Of a stretch of 64,000 bases of DNA, positions 55,101 to 64,000 are shown piece by piece. The translations under genes were made by a program, and so were the position numbers. Each line of letters begins with the position of its first letter. Position 1 is the stretch's first letter. The stretch spans positions 62,001 through 126,000 of the forward strand of contig JAQGDQ010000039.1 of assembly GCA_030141605.1 (NCBI GenBank), written 5' to 3'. Source of the DNA: Tubiluchus corallicola. Its lineage: Eukaryota > Animalia > Priapulida. The notes below the pieces were generated by a model. It saw only the letters and a program-made list of their open reading frames with translations, did no database searches and was not told where the DNA came from.

Positions 55101-58100
55101 TCTTTATCATAAAAAACGTAATGCCTGTTTTTAGTCTCAATGATTATATATTATTTCTGAAGCTTTCACCCTAGTGGGCATCATCAGCTGAATAGACTGT
55201 GCAACTAACCTGAGAGTACTTTGAACAGTACTTCTCTCTCAGGTCAGCAGCGGTCTATTCAACTGATGATGCCCGCTAGGATGAAAACTTCTGAAATAAT
55301 ATATAATCATTGAGACTAAAAAAAGGCATTACAGTTTTTATGTTAAAGATGACAAGTCTCAGAAGAGCTCTCTCTCACGCTTTAGTCTTTAGTTCAACTT
55401 GTAGACACAGTCTTAACTCTTGAACCATAAAAAATCAACCGATGTTCCATTATTGTCAAGAGACACAAAGCAAACAACAACAGAATAATCATTTTATTGA
55501 CAACGAGACAGTTTATTTAAATTAGCAAAAATGTCTCTCTTTGTACCCAAACTGCATTGGAAAGTGGCCGTTAAAAGCTTGATTTTTCATGACCTGAAAT
55601 TTCGCATGTTTAGTTTACTATAGTTTACAGAAAAATTATTACAGGCCAATATTATAATCCATAATATATATATATAAAATGTAGCAATTAAGTATTAAGT
55701 ATAGAAGAAGTCCTACCATAATTCAAAGCCATTAAAAGTTTGCTCTATCACCTTGATCTCAGAGCTCATTTTCGTTTCATTAGTGGCCTGTCGCAGATTC
55801 ATCAGATGTTTTTCCAATTTACTTTCATTAACCTAGATAGAAATATATGAAACTAAAAGTTATGAGATACATTATTCTATCGAATGTTGAAAAGATTATA
55901 ATTTACATGCAGTGCGTAGATGATTATTAAGATTGCTTCGTATCATCATCTTACTCAAAGTTCGGCATTTGTTGACTTTAGCATAATGTCTTCGCTCACC
56001 TATGATTTGACTGTGTCACAATGACAGCCTTGCATGATGTAAAATTCGAGTTACTAATTTCGAGTAAGTTTCCATTGCACATCTTTGATTGATTTTTAAG
56101 CACAACAAGTAATATAACTTGTAGGGATTAGATTTTATGGGATTTTTTCCAGCACAGTTATTCTATTGATAAAAAATCAGTGAGAAGTTTGCTCGTGACC
56201 TGGAGTTGAAACCAGGACCTTTCGCTTACTCTGTTCTATCAATGCTCCACAAAAATCACAAGTTTCAGTCCTGCTGTGAAACAGGTGAACAACAATTTTT
56301 TTTCAATACTGTTCTAGTCAAATCATGGCATAAATTTTTCTAGGTGGAAGAAACGTATTAATGATAATATACATTTTTTATACAGTACCATACAAAGTCT
56401 TTACGTCATATTCTTTATCTGAAAAAACTCAGACAATTTAATACAGAGGAGTCAAGTTCTTCTTCAGTGTCCATAATGATTGGCTTTTTAACAGCAACAT
56501 GACATGCAGCAATACTGCCATTTCAATTTTGCCTTCGTGAAATTTTAAATCATTCTCTCTGATAAGCTTGGGACAAATATTTGCACATCGACAAGCTTTT
56601 AACATTTTTGACAAATCTCCACTTGTCAGTATTATATATTATTATTCAGATTGAAACATAGTTTTTTATGACATTAGGCAAAATTATTTTACTTGATGTT
56701 CCTCGTCCTCTTGCTGCGCCATCTCAGTTAACTCTGTCTGGAGATCTTCTTGCAGTTTGGCTAGTGCCGCGTCATGATTGTCCCAAAGCTGTGCCAGACC
56801 ATGGACGTATTTGACGAGCAAAAACAGCCGATGCTTTGCACACCTATACTGCCTGTCATATTGTTTATCCATGGAATCCAGGTATTCTTCAAACTTCGTT
56901 TGTCTAGCAATTATTAGAGGTATCAGCTGAAATATAACAGACTAATAAGTCCAAACAAATTAAAAGCTATATAACTCTAACAGACATTGAAGTTTTTTAG
57001 CGCATTATTATGATTACACTAAGAATTCATAGTTTGATTTATAAATTAAATAACTTACTTTTTTCTGGCAGATTTCGAATGCGTGCATTGCCATGTTTCG
57101 CGACTTTGGCACGAGTGAGCGAGAATGATGTACGAGTTACAGAAAGTGTCTTTGGTTACCAATTACTGATGTTTGTTTACCTATCTTTGGTGACCTAGTG
57201 ACTGTACTCATAACGTCATTTGTCTCACGTAACAAAAAATGGCGGTTTCTCAAATTTAATACCACTAACAAAGAAGTGATAAAAAATCAAACGAAACATG
57301 TTTTACATAACTTTAGCATAAAACGAATTGAATATTTGTAAAGAAGGTAGGATTTTAAGTTGTAACAGCTTATATTATGGTGAGGGTTTAGTTTAACTTT
57401 AACAAATGAGTTGATTAATGATATATATTGAATGGATAAAAGCAAGAATCAGAAGAAGCAAAAACTAGAAAAAAGTGGGAAAACAGACAAAGAGACAGCA
57501 GACACAAGATAAGGAGAGAGAGAATGACAATAAACAAAAAAATGATCGAAGAAATAAAGAAATTAAACGAGAAAGAAGAAAAGTAAGAAAGAAGAGTGAA
57601 AGAGTAAATATACAAATATATATGAATGAGTGAATAAACCATATAATGTAAAATAAGCAAATAAGTAAGAAAGTAGGTCAACAGGCAAAAGCAAAGAAGA
57701 GTTAAGGTAAAAAAAAGAGCAAAAAATAAAAAATAAAAAAATAAAAATAAATATAAATATAAACTCTGCAAAGTTAGTTGTATTGCATTTGACTTCTTCC
57801 TTTTTCTGTTACTAAATCGTTATATTTTCACTGATTTGACATGACACCAATTTGTCTTCAGAGAAAAAGCCAGGCATCTCAACATATCGATTATAACAGA
57901 AGAACCCGTTTACACTAATTTTTACTAAAATAAATCACCACTATACAGTTCAATGGACAGAGTAGATGTTTGTTACTGTGTTTGTTAACATAAGTTATTA
58001 TTAAACTTCATTTTAACCTTTCAAATACCATAAAGCATTAGCTAAATTAACGAACTAGAACGAAAAGTAGGTGGCCGTAGAGATGCAATGTTGTACCCAC

Positions 58101-61100
58101 TTCAGACAAGCAAAGGAAAATGAACAAGAAGAGGAAGAAGAAGATGACTATGCTCTCCAGAATGGAATAACAATCAACAAAAATTGCAACAAAAGTTACA
58201 CAAAAAATACCTTTTCTTTGGCAATGTTTCTGGCTTCTTCCTCAGTACAACAATTTTCTTCCACCAAGCTGTACCACATTCTGTCCATTTCAATCAGACA
58301 TTCCTGGCAAATGGCTTCGCACTGCTTATGCAAACGCAATAAATACCTTTAAAGTATGGAAGGAAGGTACGTAAGTTATGCAACAGTAAATGTAAATACT
58401 GCAAATGTAAACTTAATATATGCTAGAAATGATTGCGAAATTCTGCGAGGACGCTCTTACGTGTAATGTGTAGGTTCATGTACATGCTGCTAAATACACA
58501 CAATATCATTAACAAGATGCACTACTTAAACAGCAACTCATACCAATGACTATGAAAGAATGAAGCCAACAATTTCTGTTAATCTTTAATCTGTGCAATA
58601 CACTTGAATTGGTGGATTGCAAAATATCACTTTGCAAACAAAGCTTTGAAGCTCAATTTGCAAAAGTTAAAGTAATTAAAGTATTTAAAAGTAATTAATA
58701 TTTGGAAAGTGAGTCAGCAGAGAGGAATTAATATCAAAAACTTACCCCCTCAGAAATGCAATTATTAAAAATGGATCTAAAACAAAACAGATCAGTTCTG
58801 GAAGCACCGTGAATTAAAAAAATTCCACCGTCAATAAGAAAGAAATAACATGTTTCAATCCACCATTGTGGATTCGTCGAGGTAGACTGAAACATGCTTT
58901 TTCATACTGTTTGAGGGGGAATTTTTATTAAGTGAATTTATCTTTGTCATTAAGAATCATTTCCATGTTGTTATGATAGTCGGGGTGGGCGTTGGAGAAG
59001 GATAACTAAACATTTGAAGCCTGATGGCTCAAGACCAATTAAATAATAAAGATAATGTCTATAATGTAAACTAAAAAGAGTTAATTTACAGATATTGTTC
59101 TCATCAACAAATGATTATAGACATTTTGTCGCTTTTCACAACTTTAAAATGATATTAAAAACCACACTGAAAATATTTCACAGTTTCACACTAGTAATCT
59201 AAAAAATACACACAGTTTAAGAAACGTATTTCTCAAGGCATGACATTAGTGAATACACTTGCACTATAGCAGTTGCTTTTACAGTGATGTCATACCTTTC
59301 CGAAGTATCGTGAATGTCTCTTAGCGATATGTCAAGAGCTGTGCAAAGTTCTTTTGCTTCAAGAGATCTAGCTAGAGGTGGTCTCAAGTTGCTTATGCTC
59401 TAATAAAAACATGATAAAACCATATTTTTATATGTAATTTCACTATTTTCTTATGTTAGCTAACATTATGCCTTTTACAATACATAACACATGTTCTACA
59501 GAAGTGGAAGAACAGAGAAGCAGCTGAGCTAGTGTAGATCGTCTAAGTACCGAGTGATTTAAAATCGCAGAGTGGTGCACTACAATTTTTTTGAAATATT
59601 TTTGTGCACAGGAAGGAAAGATATATATTTCTGAAACTCTTATCAATTCATGAATGTGAATGTCATGATGACGATGATGACAACAACAACATCAAAATGT
59701 TCTTTGGACACAAATATTAAATGCTGTGAAATTACCTCTATTATTTCTGATCTATGGTCAACAAGAAGAGACAACTCGGCAATCATAGTTTCTTCAATTT
59801 TCTTAACATCGGGTGAATTCGCTACTTTGTCCTGCGCCATAAACTTCCTACAGACAAACAAAAACTGCAGTAACCTCCTCTCTTAACAACTTTTAGCTAA
59901 CAATTTCATTAACTGTCACCTGCCCAGTGCCTGTTTAAGCCACGTGTAAATACTGGTGAAGAGGTAAGACAGCACTTTAATTTTCCTTTTAGTATAATTC
60001 AACATACTTCAAGATGCTGTCTGGCACTTAATGTTACAGGTAACTTATTGTGTTGATAGTTGCAGTGAAATAAATCTAATTAACAAGGATATCTTTTACT
60101 CAAAATATGAAACTGGCAAAGAAGTGTCTTTCCCCATTCTGATATATACAAGCAGAAGCAATTTTCCTGCCAAGCGCCTATCCATTTAATAACTAAGTAC
60201 AGCATTGCTTAACTTTGTCAGCCACACATTGTTTTTGATGGTCATCTTAGATATTATATGGTATAACATGGATGCATTGGTTTTTTCCTGTTGACGTTTT
60301 GAAAAAGTGTTTTGAACCAACAATTTTGATTTCGTTAAGTCCTGGGGAAGAATGCAACGTGACCTTTCCCCACCCCCGTACCTGCCCAAATACTTATACA
60401 ACTTCTATCAACAGTTTTTGATGAATCCATGAAACATTTATCAAAACCATACCGCAAATCATCTGGCACCTGTTCTAGTTTTAGCTTCATTCTTGCTTCC
60501 AGTTTCTCACTCCAATATGCATGCTTCTGTTTCTTAAACTCCAAATCCGACAGCAGTAGCCGAAGTTTGATGTCGGCCAACACACGCTTGTTTTTTACCA
60601 AATGCAGATTGGCACTCTAAAAAAGACATAGTGTTTATTTCATCATAAGTCTGTTTACAGTATAGAGAATCCTAGATTCTCTTAATCCCCTTTTGTACCT
60701 TTAGTGACTTTGTCCACTTGTACCTCAGTTTATTTTACATGTACATATATGGACTTACATTGCCTCTGTGTCATTGAAAATACACTTTCGTGGCTCCCAC
60801 ATGCAATGAAAATTGCTTGGTGAGGGCCGTGGTGTACTAGCGGAGCACAGCAAAAGTGCTTGGTGAGGGCCGTGGTGTACTAGCGGAGCACAGCAAAAGT
60901 GCTTGGTGAGGGCAGAGGTGTACTAGCGGAGCAAAGCAAAAGGACATGAGACGCGCACACAGTCTGTTTTACATTATATTGTTTACATTGGCTATGCGGT
61001 TCTTCTGAAACTAAATATGGGACATGTTCGTACAAAGTACAGAGGGGTACCCATAATGGTCCCTCTGGCTGTGTGACTGTTAACATTAGATCTGAATTTA

Positions 61101-62849
61101 AAAAGTACACACTGGGAAGAGTATTCTCTGTTGTGTATTTGAAGTGTATAAAACAGATATTTAATGTCAAACTAAACTCTCACTATAATGTAAGCATTTA
61201 CAACTTAACATCCTGCTCTCATTACAAATATTTAATTTATTTTATGATAAACTTACTCAAAATTTGTTTCTTTTGATTTTTAATCACTTCGTTGTTTGCG
61301 GTATTAAATTTGAAGAACAGCATTTTCGTTGCGCAAGATGAATGACGCCCTGAGTACAGTCACGAGGTCAACAAAGATCGGTAAACAAAGACGTTTTCTG
61401 TACCTCATACATCATTCTCGCTGACTTGCGCCAAAGACACGAAACATGACGATCTTTACTGCAATGCATGCTTTTGAAATTCGCCAATAAAAGGTAAATT
61501 ATTTAATTTATAGGTCTCTTTTGTTTAATGATAACTATGAATTCTTTGTGTAATCATGATAATGCGTTAAAAAACTTTAATGTCTGTTGGGGTTGCATAA
61601 GCTTTTAATGCATCCAGTATGGATTCATACTCAAATTAGGTGTGAAGAATGTGGTGTACATAGCCTCAAATGCAAGTGAAGAAAATGTAAAACACACTAA
61701 TCCATAAGCCACACATTAGAAATAAAATAAAATGTTTTTACATTAAAAGAACTTTGATGTTACCTGTACTTCCTTTTCCATGAACCAGTACAGGCGTGCA
61801 GGATTGAAGTAAGCAATTTCTTGGATTGCTGAGAATGTTCGTTTGAATATTGAACGTATCTGAAAATACAGAAATGGCACTCATCAAAATCATTCATCTG
61901 GCCCTTTCAAGACATTGCCTTTATTCGTGTTGAAAGTTCAGAAGACACTGTTACTTCTGCAATTTGAAAGAAATGCTAAAAGGGAATGTTGATAAGTGAA
62001 AAATAGCTTTGTCCAAATGGCACAACTCAGCTATATTATAAAAAAATCAAAACACAGAAATGACAGTCATGAAATACAGTCATTTAGCCGTTTCAAGAAG
62101 TTCCCTATGTTCATGTTGCAAGTTCAATGATACCTCTACTGTTGTGATTTGTCAGCAAAGTAAAATGGGAATGTTGACAAGCGAAACACAGCTTCGTACA
62201 AATGGTACAACTCAGCTACATTATAAAAAAAATCGAAATTTGAGCATCTATGCATGTCCTTAGTATGCACATGAATAGAGAGCATGAAAAAATGGTTAAG
62301 AATAGCAGAAGTAGCAAATTTTTGGGAATTTCGCTTAAAGGGAAGAAAAGTCCAGAAAGCTCTCTGTTACTGCAAACGTAGTTTCCTATTGTACCTCCCT
62401 TCCAGATGTATCGTGATCCAATCGCTCATTCAGAAGCCTTAGTACTGTTATGAACCATGCACAGCAACAAGAACAAAAGAGCAACAATGCGAGATTTATT
62501 GTGACTGATTGTGTGACTTTTTATCTCCTTTAATTTTATTATAAAAAGCACTAAGATGTTCAGTTGGAGTGCGTTTTTAAGAATCAACTATTATTATTAT
62601 TAACAATGCAATAATAAGCAGTTACTGATTTGCCCAATTCAGAAATTTTACTTTTGTTTCAATTGAAAAAAAAGTTAACAGTAAGCAAGTTATCAAAATT
62701 ACAATCAAACTAACCTTCTCAGTCTTTTCCCTCTCTGCTTCCATGACGGTCTTCTCAAAGTCGTATATCCAGTTCTTGCGTTGTTCAAACTTCTCCTCAA
62801 TGCTGTTCCAGATTCTCTGTAGCTGTTCAAGTTTTGCTTCACGGAGATT
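34209..62849 (-). CDS. CCDC180: CCDC180-like coiled-coil protein (DUF4455 + DUF4456), 5'-partial, ~1290 aa in window
   Basis: Phase-consistent GT-AG exons: 62715..62849, 61764..61859, 60453..60616, 59736..59847, 59296..59399, 58211..58346, 56693..56926, 55717..55832, 54370..54487, 53693..53822, (53148..53192 uncertain), 52700..52902, 52014..52107, 49398..49578, 48225..48371, 46826..47002, 45982..46144, 43862..44109, 42889..43015, 41955..42007, 40943..41090, 39921..40065, 39288..39400, 38105..38278, 37285..37452, 35710..35916, 34209..34343. Recalled motifs: GLAQLWDNH, PR...DIYNVRQDELLLH, FDEGGNF, YY..KG.R.VTRP, LRPALGHP, WETSVAQIKKLY. Confidence 0.85.
34400..34930. mobile_element. ~530-bp foldback element in the last intron of the CCDC180-like gene
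   Basis: AAACTACCACTGTAG / TATAGTGGTAGTTT and AAAAAGGATATCACACTAAAAA / TTTTTAGTGTGATATCCTTTTT are inverted pairs. Confidence 0.65.
40165..40540 (+). mobile_element. Degenerate relative of the 6274-6629 MITE
   Basis: Shared CCTCAGAC..A.CC..CCTCTAACTCG, TTTTACTCGTGA, AAGTAAATTTA and TTTAAATAAACT motifs. Confidence 0.55.
41237..41416. repeat. (ATC/CAC)n low-complexity tract
   Basis: Direct reading. Confidence 0.85.
42680..42870. mobile_element. Short foldback MITE-like element
   Basis: GGTAATAATGGCACAGG is mirrored by CCTGTGTCATTATTACC. Confidence 0.55.
43650..43730 (+). mobile_element. tRNA-derived SINE head or decayed tRNA
   Basis: A-box-like TGGTTAAAATGG and B-box GGTTCAAATCC; anticodon and acceptor stems do not pair. 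Confidence 0.45.
49035..49150. repeat. (AAC/AGC/GAC)n microsatellite
   Basis: Direct reading. Confidence 0.85.
54580..55045 (+). repeat. Dispersed repeat, copy 1 of 3
   Basis: Shares TTTGGC(G/A)C(A/G)AGTGAGCGAGAATGATGTACG and flanks with 56960-57402 (direct) and 61310-61600 (inverted). Confidence 0.75.
55103..55348. mobile_element. ~245-bp near-perfect palindrome (foldback MITE-like)
   Basis: TTTTTAGTCTCAATGATTATATATTATTTC / GAAATAATATATAATCATTGAGACTAAAAA and GGGCATCATCAG / CTGATGATGCCC arms. Confidence 0.8.
56960..57402 (+). repeat. Dispersed repeat, copy 2 of 3
   Basis: Colinear with 54580-55045. Confidence 0.75.
57440..57760. repeat. Purine/A-rich low-complexity tract
   Basis: Direct reading. 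Confidence 0.75.
60815..60941. repeat. 43-bp tandem repeat, 3 copies
   Basis: GCTTGGTGAGGGCCGTGGTGTACTAGCGGAGCACAGCAAAAGT-type unit starts at 60815, 60858 and 60901. Confidence 0.92.
61310..61600 (-). repeat. Dispersed repeat, copy 3 of 3 (inverted)
   Basis: TACATCATTCTCGCTGACTTGCGCCAAAGACA is the near reverse complement of the copy-1 core. Confidence 0.7.
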
Positions 62850-64000
62850 CTTTGTTAGAAAAACATCAAAATTTCATTAGTGCTTACAAGCATGAGTGAC
62901 TGTCATTGGAAACTGGATTCATTAAATTCTAAATTAAATTATAGATTAAAAAAAGCATGAACATTAGTAAGTTAAACTAGTTACGAGGCCACTTGATAAT
63001 GTTGTATCCCCCCCCAAAAAAAACTGACATAAGAATTAATTTATTATTTTGAGAAACAATTAGGCTTGACACATTTCTACAACAATGACCTAATTACCCA
63101 GCACGGCACTCAGTAGAGAGCAGCAGAATATAATTTACGATTTAAACTGTGCAGCTTCTTAGGTTGCGACATAAATAATGAACTGTTTCCTCGTCTCTCA
63201 TTAATGGCGAGCATGTTTACTTTTTGCAATTTTTCTACACAACACTATATGGTGACATAACATTTTGTTCTACATAACATATGGTGAATTTTCTCATGCA
63301 AGCTTATAGTAAACAAATAAAAACTAATTTAGTTTTGACATTCTTAATCAATGATTGCCAAAATTGGAAGAGTTCTTCATTGTCACATGACCCATTCTAC
63401 AAAGTTTCGGTTTCGTAGATTTCGAAGTTTAGCAGTTTAGGATTTAGTAACAGAATAAAGAAACAAACCAACAAACAAATGGCAAAGTTACTGGCTTCTT
63501 CAATCCAATAAAATAAAGGTCATGTTAAAGCAGATATCAGCATTATGAGCTATTTCTCAAGAATAAATACAATAGGTGCCGTTTATTATATTTATGATTA
63601 ATAGAATCTCTCGCAATTCCGAGTAATTGACTCAAAAACATCTAGTACAGGCTGCTCCTATTCAAATGTATGTAAAAATTGCTGGCAACTGACTCAAAAG
63701 ACACTGCGCAATTGAATCAACATTTTTGCTTCACGTACTTAAAACAAGACATTTGTGAGTGACCAAATAGCTTTTACTACTTTTATGTTATCTTTACTTC
63801 ACTTGTATGCACTATAATACACATAGAAACAGTGTAAGTAATACCATGCAATCTTATTTGTTATCGAAACAAAAAATAATAAATGCTATGAAACTTCATT
63901 ACAGATCCAACATACATTATTATATGTCACTTCCCATCTTTTTCTAAATTTTTGGTTTAATGTGTCACTAATATTATAGACATGTTAGCACATCTACATG

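Overview
AT-rich, intron-rich metazoan (invertebrate-like) genomic DNA, not prokaryotic, so the ORF track is mostly noise. Reading GT-AG boundaries by hand gives four spliced genes. (1) A two-exon + strand allatostatin-C/somatostatin-family neuropeptide precursor (4295..15282; predicted mature peptide GKAYNIKCLFNAVACY) with a GC-box/E-box/CRE/CCAAT/TATA promoter. (2) A four-exon - strand secreted Cys-rich DUF4773-type protein whose second intron holds a ~3.9 kb, 57-bp minisatellite with higher-order structure. (3) A five-exon - strand C11orf98-like small basic protein with a candidate intronic box C/D snoRNA antisense to 28S rRNA. (4) The 3' ~26 exons of a CCDC180-like coiled-coil gene running off the right edge. 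The rest is MITEs (hAT-, Tc1/mariner-, Harbinger-, Kolobok-like), tRNA-derived SINE fragments, foldback elements and microsatellites. Family names come from remembered motifs, not database searches. I found no clearly new multi-gene system; the best leads are the neuropeptide and its promoter, the snoRNA candidate, the structured minisatellite and a nested insertion with a 17-bp duplication.
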